Source: a cyanobacterium endosymbiont of Braarudosphaera bigelowii
GTDB lineage: Bacteria > Cyanobacteriota > Cyanobacteriia > Cyanobacteriales > Microcystaceae
Reading direction: 5' to 3'
NCBI RefSeq assembly: GCF_020885515.1
Contig: NZ_AP024987.1
Span: forward strand, 900,001 to 932,000
Length of the DNA: 32,000 bases
Part shown: positions 10,178-20,200 of the stretch, in pieces
Layout: each line of letters opens with the position of its first letter
How positions within the stretch are numbered: the stretch's first letter is position 1
Made by a program: the position numbers and the translations under genes
The notes under the pieces: generated by a model
What the model was told of the DNA's origin: nothing
The model's input: only the letters and a program-made list of their open reading frames with translations
Database searches by the model: none

Positions 10178-11152
10178 TCATGTCTTTTCTAACTGAATTC
10201 GAGGATCAACTAAAACAAGTAGTAAATCTGCTAGTATGTTGCCAATAACTAACATTACTGCACTCATTGTTAAACTGCCCATGACTAAATACAAATCTTG
10301 TGCAGTGACTGCTTGTAAAATCAAACGTCCTAACCCTGGCCAATTGAAGAAAAATTCAGCTATAAAAGCTCCTCCTAATAAATTGGCAAATTCTAATCCT
10401 AATAGAGTAACTAAGGGATTAATTGCATTACGTAATGCATGATTATATATTACTTTTTCTTCCGAAAGTCCTTTCGCTCTAGCAGTTACTATATAGTTCC
10501 TTTGCATTACATCTAACATTTGTCCTCTCATTAATCTCATTAATCCAGCAAAGCCAATAATACTTAAGGTAATTGTCGGTAATATCATATGCCATCCTAT
10601 ATCTAATATTTTGCCAACTAACGATAGTTCATCATGTTCTAAACTAGTCATGTTTCCAACTGGTAAAATAGGAGATATGTGTTGAGCAATAATTAAAATA
10701 ATTAAGGCTGCAATAAATCTAGGTAAACCTTGTCCAAGGTAACTAATTATTCTTAATGATTTATCTATCCAAGTATTTTGTTTCACTGCACTTAAAATTC
10801 CTAGCGGTATGGCAATTATCCAAGTTAAAACTATAGAGAAAATAGAGAGCAGTAATGTTGCTGGTATTCTTTCCGCCAATAAAGATGATACAGAACGATT
10901 ATAAACAAAACTTTCCCCAAAATTCAGATGGGTTATTACTTGTGCTAACCATTTCCAATATTGAATATAAAATGGTTGATCAAGACCAAAACGAATATTT
11001 AGCTCTTGAATTATTTCTCGTGAGATTTTAGGATTTTGCCTTAGAGTATCTAAGTAATCTCCCGGAGCAATTTGGATAATAATAAAGCTTAATATTGAAG
11101 TTAATAATATAGTTAAGAGACCTTGAAAAAGTCTCTTTGAAATATAAAACAT
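10178..11152 (-). CDS. ABC transporter permease, DppB/OppB (peptide/nickel) family
   Basis: 324-aa ORF with family signature 'MLPTITLSIIGFAGLMRLMRGQMLDVMQRNYIVTARAKGLSEEKVIYNHALRNAINPLVTLLG'. Confidence 0.93.
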   Translation of the reverse strand: MFYISKRLFQGLLTILLTSILSFIIIQIAPGDYLDTLRQNPKISREIIQELNIRFGLDQPFYIQYWKWLAQVITHLNFGESFVYNRSVSSLLAERIPATLLLSIFSIVLTWIIAIPLGILSAVKQNTWIDKSLRIISYLGQGLPRFIAALIILIIAQHISPILPVGNMTSLEHDELSLVGKILDIGWHMILPTITLSIIGFAGLMRLMRGQMLDVMQRNYIVTARAKGLSEEKVIYNHALRNAINPLVTLLGLEFANLLGGAFIAEFFFNWPGLGRLILQAVTAQDLYLVMGSLTMSAVMLVIGNILADLLLVLVDPRIQLEKT

Positions 11153-11205
11153 TATTTTAACGATGAATTAAAGGGCTACATAAATAATAATAAAATAGTT
11201 ATATA

Positions 11206-11724
11206 TTAATATTTAACTAAACTAATAATAGGAACATCAGGTAATTTTTTACGGCCTTCTAAAGATTCTAATTCAATAATAAAAGCGAATCCTAAAACAT
11301 TACAACCAACTTTTTTGAGTAGTTCAATTGTTGCTTGCGCTGTACCACCTGTCGCTAACAAGTCATCTACAATTACGACACTATGAAAATTTTGTAAGGC
11401 ATCTTGGTGAATTTCTAAAGTATCTGTACCGTACTCTAAATCATATTGAACTTGATAGACTGAGCTAGGAAGCTTACCAGGCTTTCTGACAGGTATAAAA
11501 CCTGAATTTAGTTGATAAGCTAACGGAGCACCAAAAATAAATCCTCGTGATTCCATTCCAATTACATGATCAGGCAATAAATTAGCTTCTCGACATTTAT
11601 TAGTTAGCAAGTTAATTGTATATTGCAATCCTTTTGGATTATTTAATAAAGTTGTAATATCACGAAATACTATACCAGGCTTAGGAAAATTGGGAATATC
11701 ACGAATTAATTCTTTAAGGTCCAT
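11206..11724 (-). CDS. apt: Adenine phosphoribosyltransferase
   Basis: 172-aa ORF with '[26 protein letters not shown]' and the PRPP motif '[16 protein letters not shown]'. Confidence 0.96.
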   Translation of the reverse strand: MDLKELIRDIPNFPKPGIVFRDITTLLNNPKGLQYTINLLTNKCREANLLPDHVIGMESRGFIFGAPLAYQLNSGFIPVRKPGKLPSSVYQVQYDLEYGTDTLEIHQDALQNFHSVVIVDDLLATGGTAQATIELLKKVGCNVLGFAFIIELESLEGRKKLPDVPIISLVKY

Positions 11725-12344
11725 TAATTCTCTCTTAATAATTACTTTGGTTAATGATTATATATCAATCCCTATTTTATATTAATCCTTATTTACTATT
11801 TATGATTATAGTTACTTGTTTCCGATTACTAAATTTTTATAAATATAATCTAAAACTTAATAAAAATAGACTAGCTAAGTTAACTAATCTAATTAGTTTA
11901 AAAATCATTTATTTAGTGTAGTTAGTAATATTTTAAAGGTTAAATATTTTTATATTTTTATCTAAGCAGTTTTGTCAGGTCAATAAATATCCTAAATATT
12001 TGCAAATGCTCTGGATATTACCAAAAATTATGTAATCATCAAAAATTATTTAACTGTTAAAAATAGAATTTTATTAATTAAGATTTCGGACAAAAATTGT
12101 TTTTTTTCTATTTATTTTCGAAGAATAGACTTTCTAGGTAATTTAAAAACTGTTTTACATCAATTTGCTCGTTTAATGTAGAGATATCTCTATATTGCGA
12201 TGTCTAAAATTCTATTATTTTAAACTTATATAATTTTTTTTACTAAATCAAACTATTTTAACTATTGACTTTTTCTTCGATTAAGAATTACTTTAAGTTG
12301 TAGCAGCAAAGGCTGATTCAAATTTGATTGTCAAGAGGTGAAAT

Positions 12345-12917
12345 ATGGGCGTTATTGAAACTGTACCCAATGTTGTATTTAAAACCCGTGTTCGTGATGA
12401 GTCTGTAGCTGGACCCAACCCTTATCGTTGGCAAGATCTAACTACTCAAGAGATTTTTAAAGGCAAGAAGGTCGTTGTTTTTTCCCTACCTGGTGCATTT
12501 ACTCCAACCTGCTCATCTAACCATCTGCCTCGCTACGAAGAATTATACAGTGAGTTTAAAGCATTAGGAATAGACGCTATCGTTTGTTTATCAGTTAATG
12601 ATGCTTTTGTTATGTTTCAATGGGGTAAGCAGCAAGAGGCGAAAAACGTTTTCTTACTGCCTGATGGGAATGGTGAATTTACTCGTAAAATGGGTATGTT
12701 AGTTGATAAATCTAATCTTGGTTTCGGAATGCGCTCATGGCGTTATTCCATGTTGGTCAACAACTGTGAAATCGAGAAGATTTTTGTTGAGTCTGATTTT
12801 AGTGATAATTGTCCTAGTGATCCCTTTGAAGTATCCGATGCTGATACCATGTTAGCTTATCTCAAGGGTGATAAATCTTCAGGTGTTTCTAAACCAGTAA
12901 AAGCCTTTATTGGTTAG
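12345..12917 (+). CDS. Peroxiredoxin (Prx5/type II family)
   Basis: 190-aa ORF with '[28 protein letters not shown]', i.e. the peroxidatic Cys motif PGAFTPTCS. Confidence 0.93.
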   Translation: MGVIETVPNVVFKTRVRDESVAGPNPYRWQDLTTQEIFKGKKVVVFSLPGAFTPTCSSNHLPRYEELYSEFKALGIDAIVCLSVNDAFVMFQWGKQQEAKNVFLLPDGNGEFTRKMGMLVDKSNLGFGMRSWRYSMLVNNCEIEKIFVESDFSDNCPSDPFEVSDADTMLAYLKGDKSSGVSKPVKAFIG

Positions 12918-12929
12918 TCTCAAATAAAT

Positions 12930-12983
12930 AATACTATCTGCTAAGAAATCAATTTTTTATGTTGATTCCTTAACAGATAGTAT
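12930..12983. repeat. Long hairpin downstream of the peroxiredoxin gene (23-position stem, 2 mismatches, 8-nt loop)
   Basis: AATACTATCTGCTAAGAAATCAA-TTTTTATG-TTGATTCCTTAACAGATAGTATT; not followed by a T-tract. Confidence 0.9.
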
Positions 12984-13020
12984 TCATTCTCTAAAAATAT
13001 GTTATATTAGGTAATCGTAT

Positions 13021-13094
13021 GGCGAGCGTAGCCAAGTGGTTAAGGCAGCGGGTTGTGGTCCCGCCACTCGTGGGTTCGAGTCCCATCGTTCGCC
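13021..13094 (+). tRNA. tRNA-His (anticodon GTG)
   Basis: Full cloverleaf: anticodon arm GCGGG-TTGTGGT-CCCGC, T arm GTGGG-TTCGAGT-CCCAT. Acceptor stem includes the extra G-1:C73 pair diagnostic of tRNA-His. CCA is not encoded. Confidence 0.97.
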
Positions 13095-13286
13095 CTTATA
13101 GTTTTCTAACTTATGTCTCTACATGAGAAAGTTTTTTCTTCATCTCTATTATGTGATTTTATCAAATTTTAGACGTCATTATTTAACACTTAGGCATACA
13201 AAAAATTTGGCTTCAGCAGTAGTCTAAGTTTTATATAGAATTTGAATATATCTTGTTTAATAAACAATCTTTGACTATATTGAACG

Positions 13287-13998
13287 ATGTGGAAATACTC
13301 TACTGATACGCTTATTATCAATCCTCAAGAAATTCATGTATGGAAAATTGATTTATCAACATCTTATTTGTTTGTTGAATTTTATTTAACCATGCTTAAT
13401 CAGGAAGAAAAAAAAAATTCCTCACATCCAATTTGTAAAAGATAAGAAACGTTTTATCCTCTCCCGAGGAGCATTAAAACTTATTCTGAGTAAATATTTA
13501 CTAATTGCTCCTAACCAAATAAATCTTGAGTACACTACTCGCGGCAAGCCTAAACTTGTTGATTCGATTAATACTAAACAGATAGAGTTTAATATTTCTC
13601 ACTCTGAAGAATTAATAATTTGCGGGATTACATGTCAATATCCTATTGGAGTTGATATTGAATATATTCGTCCTTTATTAGGTATGGAAAAAATTGCAAA
13701 GCGTTTCTTCTGTTTTCAAGAATTTAGTAAGCTCAAAAGCTTCAATTCTTATGACAAAAATATTGAATTTTTAAGACTCTGGACAGGAAAAGAAGCATAC
13801 CTAAAAGCAACAGGAGAAGGAATAAGTCAAAGACTAAATACAGTGAAGATAATAACTGATTATCCTATGCAAATTATTGATGTCTCTCCTTTAAATTATC
13901 TTCCATGGAGAATACTGTCTTTTATTACTCAATCAAATTATTTAATAAGCATAGTTACATTAGAAAAAAAACAAAAAATTTATTATTGGAAAATTTAA
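13287..13998 (+). pseudogene. 4'-phosphopantetheinyl transferase (Sfp/HetI type), frameshifted at an A10 homopolymer; may be functional through slippage
   Basis: Frame of 13287: MWKYSTDTLIINPQEIHVWKIDLSTS..LTMLNQEEKK, stop at 13443. In the +1-shifted frame from ~13420: PHIQFVKDKKRFILSRGALKLIL..FNISHSEELIICGI..YPIGVDIEYIRP..FLRLWTGKEAYLKATGEGISQ. Both halves match one PPTase. Removing one A from A(10) at 13408-13417 joins them. Confidence 0.88.
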
Positions 13999-14012
13999 AA
14001 AAATTCTCTTCT

Positions 14013-14567
14013 TTATGGAAAACTATTACCATGTTGACGGAAATTTAATGCTCCTGCTCCAATATATAATCCTTGAGGATGTTTACCTTCTGGATAAACT
14101 GTTATACCAAATTGATAATTTCCACCTACCACAGGATTATTTTTAGGTTTTACTACAATAAAAAAAGTTTCACCAGGCAGAATTGAAGATTTGAAGGTTA
14201 TGGAAATTTTATTATTATCCAAATTTCTTTGAACTTTGCTGATAGGTAATTTATCTCCAGGGCTGATTGGTTTTCCGATAAAAGCAACAGTCTGATCTAA
14301 ATTAAAATATATTTGATCAACTCCTTTAATTTGTTGTAATACTACCTTTTGTAAAGATACTCCAGTCTCTAAAGGCACTGTCATAACAAAATAATATTGT
14401 GCACCATGAACTTTAGTTTGACTTAGACTTGTTGTTGTATCAATTAATCTAGGAGATTTGTTGAATAAAATAATATTATTACCAACATTAAGTGAAATTA
14501 GGGAAGAACCAATTAAAAACATGCTTCCTGTGATTTGAAATATATTTTGCAAAATAGAAGTATTCAC
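14013..14567 (-). CDS. DUF2808-family secreted protein
   Basis: 184-aa ORF with an N-terminal hydrophobic segment and DUF2808-like 'FKSSILPGETFFIVVKPKNNPVVGGNYQFGITVYPEGKHPQGLYIGAGALNFR'. Confidence 0.8.
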   Translation of the reverse strand: MNTSILQNIFQITGSMFLIGSSLISLNVGNNIILFNKSPRLIDTTTSLSQTKVHGAQYYFVMTVPLETGVSLQKVVLQQIKGVDQIYFNLDQTVAFIGKPISPGDKLPISKVQRNLDNNKISITFKSSILPGETFFIVVKPKNNPVVGGNYQFGITVYPEGKHPQGLYIGAGALNFRQHGNSFP

Positions 14568-14579
14568 AATTAATTAAGT

Positions 14580-14627
14580 ACTATTAAAATAAAAACCTAG
14601 GTTAACCTAGGTTTTTATTTTAATAGT
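14580..14627. terminator. 48-nt perfect palindrome at the pnp stop codon; likely bidirectional intrinsic terminator
   Basis: A-CTATTAAAATAAAAACCTAGGTT|AACCTAGGTTTTTATTTTAATAG-T. The core AAAAACCTAGG-TTAA-CCTAGGTTTTT has U-rich 3' arms in both orientations. Confidence 0.85.
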
Positions 14628-16774
14628 TAAACTATTTTTCTAACAGCAGAAGCCTCATTTGGATGAATACCTAAACGAGTCAGATTTAAACGTCCTTTGT
14701 TGTCAATTTCACGTACTTTAACTACTACTTCATCTCCGACAGCAACTTCGTCTTCTACTTTTCCTACTCTTCTTTCGGCTAACTGAGAAATATGAATCAT
14801 ACCTTCTTTCCCTGGTAAAACTTCAACGAAAGCTCCAATAGGAATAATACGAGTAACACGACCCAAATAAACTTCTCCTTCGTTTAATTTACGTGTCATG
14901 TTGAAGATAATATCTTTTGCTTTTTCCGCTTTTTTCGCTTGAATAGCAGCAATAGTTACCATTCCATCATCAGAAATGTCAATTTTTGATCCAGTCTGTT
15001 CTGTAATACCTTTTATAGTCTTACCACCTGGACCAATAATTAATCCTATCATTTCAGGATCAATTTTCATAGTTAATAATCGAGGAGCAAATGTTGATAG
15101 TTCTGGACGTGGTTTATCAATAGTCGACAGCATTTTCTCAAGAATATGTAGACGAGCTGGTAAGGCCTGTCCAATAGCCTTTGCTATCACGTTCATTGAT
15201 AATCCAGTAATTTTCATATCCATTTGCAAAGCCGTAATACCACTATCAGTTCCAGCGACTTTAAAATCCATATCTCCTAAGAAATCTTCAATTCCTTGAA
15301 TATCTGTAAGAATACGTATTTCTTCACCTTCTTTAATAAGTCCCATAGCTGCTCCACTAACTGGTTTAGCAATAGGAACTCCAGCATCCATTAAAGCTAA
15401 AGTTGATCCACAAACAGATCCCATAGATGTAGAACCATTAGAAGAGAGAACTTCTGATACAATTCTAATGACATAAGGAAATTCTTCTTGTTGAGGTAAT
15501 ACAGGCAGGAGAGCACGTTCCGCTAAGGCTCCATGTCCAATTTCTCTTCTTCCTGGAGATCTTAATGGTTTAGTTTCTGCAACAGAAAAAGGAGGGAAAT
15601 TATAATGATGCAGATAGCGCTTCTCATCCTCAGGATGCAAATCATCACCTAAATCTTGTGCATCCCCTGGAGTACCAAGAGTTGCTAGAGATAATACTTG
15701 AGTTAACCCTCTGTTGAATAGTCCACAACCATGTACTCTTGGAGGCAAAATGCCCACATTACAATAGATAGGACGAACCTCATCAAGTTTTCTACCATCT
15801 ATACGAATCTCGTTGCTAATAATTTGAGATCGCATTAACTTTTTGGTTAAGCCTTTATAAAGATTATTTACAGCTTTAGGATCTTCCTTAACAGCAACTT
15901 TTATTGAATCTTCTTCTGGGAGATTAGTTATTATTTCATTAATAGTTGTTTCTTTAATTTGATCAAGAGCTGTATCTCTTTCTGCTTTGCCAAGGTTGTA
16001 TTGAACTAAAACTTTTTTTATAGATTCAGATGATTGATCACTAATAAATTTTTCTAGAACTTCATTTTTTGCTGGAGGTTCGGCTTGCACCAATTTCATC
16101 CCCAGTTCTTCCATTATTTCTTGTTGTGCTCCAATTAGATCTCTAACTGCCTCATAACCAAAATCAATGGCTTCAATAACATCTTGTTCTGGAAGTTGAT
16201 TGGCTCCAGCTTCAATCATCACAACGCCGTCAGGACTACCTGCAACAACTAAATCAAGATCTCCATCCTCTACTTCTCTGTAAGTAGGATTAATAATAAA
16301 ATCATCTCCCACTAAACCAACTCTAACGGCTGCCATAGGTCCAAAGAAAGGAATTTGAGCTTGGATTACTGCCATAGAAGCACCTGTCACCGCTAAAACA
16401 TCGGGAGGAACTTCTTCATCCATAGATAAAGTAGTAGCAATAATCTGAATATCGTTTCGAAGCCAATTAGGAAATAAAGGACGTAGAGGACGATCAATTA
16501 GCCTGCTAATGAGAATTGCCCTTTCTGGAGGACGTCCTTCTCTTCGTAAGAATCCTCCTGGAATTCGTCCTGCAGCATAAAGCCTTTCCTCATAATCTAC
16601 AGTTAAAGGCAAAAAATCAATACCTTCTCTTCCTTTTGATGTTGTTGCCGTTACCAGAACTGCCGTATCTCCGGACTGAATTAGAATTGCTCCACCTGCT
16701 TGGGGAGCTAATAACCCTAGCTTTAGTCGAATATCTCTTCCGTCAAAAGATATTGATTTATCAAATTCTTGCAT
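14627..16774 (-). CDS. pnp: Polyribonucleotide nucleotidyltransferase (PNPase)
   Basis: 715-aa ORF with both RNase PH-like domains, KH motif '[15 protein letters not shown]' and an S1 domain '[34 protein letters not shown]'. Confidence 0.98.
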   Translation of the reverse strand: MQEFDKSISFDGRDIRLKLGLLAPQAGGAILIQSGDTAVLVTATTSKGREGIDFLPLTVDYEERLYAAGRIPGGFLRREGRPPERAILISRLIDRPLRPLFPNWLRNDIQIIATTLSMDEEVPPDVLAVTGASMAVIQAQIPFFGPMAAVRVGLVGDDFIINPTYREVEDGDLDLVVAGSPDGVVMIEAGANQLPEQDVIEAIDFGYEAVRDLIGAQQEIMEELGMKLVQAEPPAKNEVLEKFISDQSSESIKKVLVQYNLGKAERDTALDQIKETTINEIITNLPEEDSIKVAVKEDPKAVNNLYKGLTKKLMRSQIISNEIRIDGRKLDEVRPIYCNVGILPPRVHGCGLFNRGLTQVLSLATLGTPGDAQDLGDDLHPEDEKRYLHHYNFPPFSVAETKPLRSPGRREIGHGALAERALLPVLPQQEEFPYVIRIVSEVLSSNGSTSMGSVCGSTLALMDAGVPIAKPVSGAAMGLIKEGEEIRILTDIQGIEDFLGDMDFKVAGTDSGITALQMDMKITGLSMNVIAKAIGQALPARLHILEKMLSTIDKPRPELSTFAPRLLTMKIDPEMIGLIIGPGGKTIKGITEQTGSKIDISDDGMVTIAAIQAKKAEKAKDIIFNMTRKLNEGEVYLGRVTRIIPIGAFVEVLPGKEGMIHISQLAERRVGKVEDEVAVGDEVVVKVREIDNKGRLNLTRLGIHPNEASAVRKIV

Positions 16775-16979
16775 TCAACGTCTCTTCCCTTTTTTTATCA
16801 TGTTTCTCTTTCTGTCGCAATCCTAACATTTTTAAGGAACTTGACGCGATGGACTACCCCATGTAAATGTAGTTATTTAAATTTGCTTATATTCTTTCTG
16901 TCTATATTTTTCATTTTTCGGTATATTCAGTAAAACGAATTTCCGGCTTTAGATCGTTTCCTAGGAGTTTAAAATAGCT

Positions 16980-18278
16980 ATGAATTATAATACTTTAAAA
17001 AAAGAAGCTAAAGTTGTTATTGTTGGTGGTGGATTTGGAGGATTATATACAGCTAAAGGACTAAAAAATTCTCCTTTACAAGTTACTCTAATTGACAAAC
17101 GTAATTTTAATCTTTTTCAGCCACTACTTTATCAAGTTGCCACAGGTAGTCTTTCTCCAGCTGATATAACATCACCTTTAAGATCGATCTTATGTCAAAA
17201 CAAAAATACACAAGTATTACTAAATGCTGTTATCGATATAAAACCCAATGATAAACAAATAATTGTTGATAATCATCAATCTATTCCTTATGATGTTCTT
17301 ATTTTGGCTACTGGAGTAACTCATCATTATTTTGGTAATGATCAATGGGAAACTTTTGCGCCAGGACTTAGCAATATTGAAGATGCTTTAGAAATTCGAA
17401 ACCGTGTTTTTATGGCTTTTGAAGCAGCTGAAAAGGAAAACAATCCTATAAAAAGACAAGCTTGGCTAACATTCGTAATAGTTGGTGGTGGACCTACTGG
17501 AGTAGAATTAGCTGGAGCAATAGCAGAAATTGCAAATAACTCTATGAAAGGCAATTTTAGGAACTTTGATCCTAAAGATGCAAAGATTTTGTTAATCGAA
17601 GGTTTGGAACGTGTACTTCCTCCTTATCCTATAGAATTATCTTCTAAGGCAGAACAAGAGTTATGTAATCTTGGTGTAACAATACATACCAAGTCAATAG
17701 TAACAAATATAAGTGAAGATACTATTGTTGTACGTAAAGGAGAAAAACATGAACAAATTACTTCTCATACAATCTTATGGGCTGCAGGAGTTAAAGCATC
17801 ATCAATTAGTAAGATATTAGCTGAGCGAACTGGTGTGAGTTTAGATAGAGCTGGTCGAGTTATTGTTGAACCAGATCTCAGTATTACAAATTTTCCAGAT
17901 ATTTTTGTAATTGGAGATTTATCAAATTTTTCTCATCAAGATAATAAAGCTTTACCTGGAGTAGCCCCTGTAGCGATACAACAGGCTAAATATGTTGCAA
18001 AGTTAATACGAAAACGATTGAAAGGTGAATCACTACCATCTTTTATTTATAAAGACTATGGTAGTATGGCAATTATAGGACAGAATAAAGCTGTAGCAGA
18101 CTTTAAATTTATTAAACTTTCAGGATTTTTAGCTTGGTTTATTTGGATTTCGGCTCATATTTATTATCTTATCGAGTTTGATAATAAATTAGTTGTCCTA
18201 GTTCAATGGATCTGGAATTATTTCACACAAGGTCGTGGAGCTCGTTTAATTACAGAAAATAATAAGAAAGATAAATAA
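16980..18278 (+). CDS. Type II NAD(P)H dehydrogenase (NDH-2), FAD-dependent
   Basis: 432-aa ORF with 'VVIVGGGFGGLYTAKGLK' and 'RNFNLFQPLLYQVATGSLSPADITSPLRSI', plus a second Rossmann motif 'FVIVGGGPTGVELAG'. Confidence 0.93.
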   Translation: MNYNTLKKEAKVVIVGGGFGGLYTAKGLKNSPLQVTLIDKRNFNLFQPLLYQVATGSLSPADITSPLRSILCQNKNTQVLLNAVIDIKPNDKQIIVDNHQSIPYDVLILATGVTHHYFGNDQWETFAPGLSNIEDALEIRNRVFMAFEAAEKENNPIKRQAWLTFVIVGGGPTGVELAGAIAEIANNSMKGNFRNFDPKDAKILLIEGLERVLPPYPIELSSKAEQELCNLGVTIHTKSIVTNISEDTIVVRKGEKHEQITSHTILWAAGVKASSISKILAERTGVSLDRAGRVIVEPDLSITNFPDIFVIGDLSNFSHQDNKALPGVAPVAIQQAKYVAKLIRKRLKGESLPSFIYKDYGSMAIIGQNKAVADFKFIKLSGFLAWFIWISAHIYYLIEFDNKLVVLVQWIWNYFTQGRGARLITENNKKDK

Positions 18279-18345
18279 TTAAAAAAATATACTGAAATAT
18301 TTTTTAGAGACATATTGCAAGATTATTAATGAATTTATTAAAACT

Positions 18346-18972
18346 ATGAAAAATCTCTGGTTTCAACCTCTTATATGGATAGATTATCGATTAGCAATAG
18401 TCTTTGCTGTTATTGTGCCCTTAATATTAACAATCTTAGCCTTCCTCCAAAGAATTGACGCAATTGGACGTCTACTAGTTATTTATTGGCGGGTATCTAG
18501 TTTATTATTAATTACCGTTTATTTATTAATACCCGGTTGGACTGGAGAGAACAACTCTTTTGAAACATTTTGTACACATTTAGGTTTTTTTACTGCGATT
18601 TTAGCTCGTATTCTAATTCCAATATCTTTATGGTTTTGGATAGACTTAAATGATGAAATCAAAGATTTATCTTGGAGTTCTCTCAAATTAGCGCTCACTT
18701 CATGGAGATGGGCTATAACTATTTATAGCGCTATGGGAATTGTATTTCGTATTCCTTTCTTTTCCTGTTTGATTTCCATAAAAGCTTTAGAAATTAAATC
18801 ATGTCAAGCCTGGATTGCCCCCCCTATTGAGTATTGGTCAACTTTCCATAGTAATACAACACCTGTTTTTCTGGGCTTCATAGGCCTTGTAGGATTATTA
18901 ATATATGCTATATATTTTATATATTTCTTATTAGTTAGATTAAGCAAGCAAGGAAGATTAGCTTTAGAATAA
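18346..18972 (+). CDS. DUF3177-family membrane protein
   Basis: 208-aa ORF with several hydrophobic helices and cyanobacterial family character ('WFQPLIWIDYRLAIVFAVIVPLILTILAFLQRIDAIGRLLVIYWRVSSLLLITVYLL'). Confidence 0.75.
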   Translation: MKNLWFQPLIWIDYRLAIVFAVIVPLILTILAFLQRIDAIGRLLVIYWRVSSLLLITVYLLIPGWTGENNSFETFCTHLGFFTAILARILIPISLWFWIDLNDEIKDLSWSSLKLALTSWRWAITIYSAMGIVFRIPFFSCLISIKALEIKSCQAWIAPPIEYWSTFHSNTTPVFLGFIGLVGLLIYAIYFIYFLLVRLSKQGRLALE

Positions 18973-19090
18973 TTAGTAAGTCTCAATATGCAAAATATGT
19001 TTAGATTTTTAGAGAAAGAATAATATCCTATAGCTTGCCAAAGTATTGAAAAAAATAAATTTTAAGAATTTTATTATGATATATTTTTAG

Positions 19091-19429
19091 TTATCGTCTT
19101 GGATCAGATGCTTCGATAAGAAAATGACTACCATTTTTTTGATAAACTAAAACTTGTTCATTTTTTACTAAGGAATTGCCTGAATAATAAAATCTTAGCT
19201 CACTACTATCAGGCAATTCAATAAATAAAATACTTCCTTCTTTACTAGAAACAACTTTAGTAACTCTACCTACTTGATAAGAAGATTTATTAATATTATT
19301 TTTGGATTTATAAGTTATCGTATTTATATTACGATCTGTATAGTTTCTCTCTGTCTGTTGAGCAATAACTATAATAGTAATAAAAAATTGGGAAGTAATT
19401 AATATTATCCAAACCAGCAACCAATTCAT
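19091..19429 (-). CDS. Hypothetical membrane-anchored protein
   Basis: 112-aa ORF with one N-terminal TM segment and a soluble, probably beta-rich domain. Confidence 0.65.
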   Translation of the reverse strand: MNWLLVWIILITSQFFITIIVIAQQTERNYTDRNINTITYKSKNNINKSSYQVGRVTKVVSSKEGSILFIELPDSSELRFYYSGNSLVKNEQVLVYQKNGSHFLIEASDPRR

Positions 19430-19552
19430 TAAACAGTCCTCAACAGTGTACTAATTTTTCAGTAACATATTCCTATTAATATTTACTAATTTTTATAAGT
19501 TTAGTTTATGAAATATTATACTTATTAATTTCAACTATGATAGTGTTAGTGA

Positions 19553-20092
19553 CTATTGAATAATCCATAATAAAGATCTACCCACATCTCTTATAAGTTT
19601 ATCTAAAGGCTCTGAAGGTGTATTAGAGGGTACAGGGAATGGTTTTGATATTATTCCTTGAGTTCCAAATATAATTTCTCCTATAGTTTTGGCACGATTA
19701 ACATGATTATTTGATGTTATGAGATAAATACCTTTAGTTTTTTGAATCTGTAATTTTTTAATTAAGCTTACAAAATTAGTAACAGTATCTTTTGCTCTAT
19801 AGTCTAAATAAAGTCTATTATTATTAATTCCTGCATTCATAAAAATTTTAGTTATATATATTTGCGGTCCACCTGAAGATACCAAAAGAGCCAAATTCGT
19901 GTGTTTAAGCGCTAATTTTGCAGAAAACCGCTCTCTTTCTTCGTGTCCACCTAATATAAATATAACTTTAGGTTTAATAAAATATTTTTGTAACTGTCTA
20001 TCAGTAAACACTAAACTTGTAATTAATAAAAATGTAAAAATAAAAAGTTTTATTTTTATTTTTGATTTAATAAAATAATTGCTAAAAGACAT
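19553..20092 (-). CDS. YdcF/SanA/ElyC-like DUF218 protein
   Basis: 179-aa ORF with an N-terminal TM segment, 'VIFILGGHEERERFSAKLAL', 'YLDYRAKDTVTNF' and 'YLITSNNHVNRAKTIGEIIFG'. Confidence 0.85.
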   Translation of the reverse strand: MSFSNYFIKSKIKIKLFIFTFLLITSLVFTDRQLQKYFIKPKVIFILGGHEERERFSAKLALKHTNLALLVSSGGPQIYITKIFMNAGINNNRLYLDYRAKDTVTNFVSLIKKLQIQKTKGIYLITSNNHVNRAKTIGEIIFGTQGIISKPFPVPSNTPSEPLDKLIRDVGRSLLWIIQ

Positions 20093-20200
20093 AAGTTGTA
20101 TATTTTTTATTCAACATTATCAAAGTGTTACTATTATTTTGTTTAAGATGTTAATCTAGAATAAATAAATAATTAATTTCTTATTTATAATAAATATTTA

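Noticed and set aside
10236-10442. 68-aa plus-strand ORF antisense to the permease
   Set aside because: Fully inside a conserved CDS; no independent support.
12179-12192. 14-bp palindrome TAGAGATATCTCTA as an operator for the peroxiredoxin gene
   Set aside because: A perfect 14-bp palindrome is expected a few times by chance in 32 kb of this composition. Kept only as a minor note, not as a regulatory call.
14976-16866. Plus-strand ORFs of 107 aa and 116 aa antisense to pnp
   Set aside because: Antisense shadow ORFs over pnp.
17342-17554. 70-aa minus-strand ORF inside the NDH-2 gene
   Set aside because: Antisense shadow ORF with no features.
18804-18986. 60-aa minus-strand ORF at the end of the DUF3177 gene
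   Set aside because: Antisense shadow ORF with no features.
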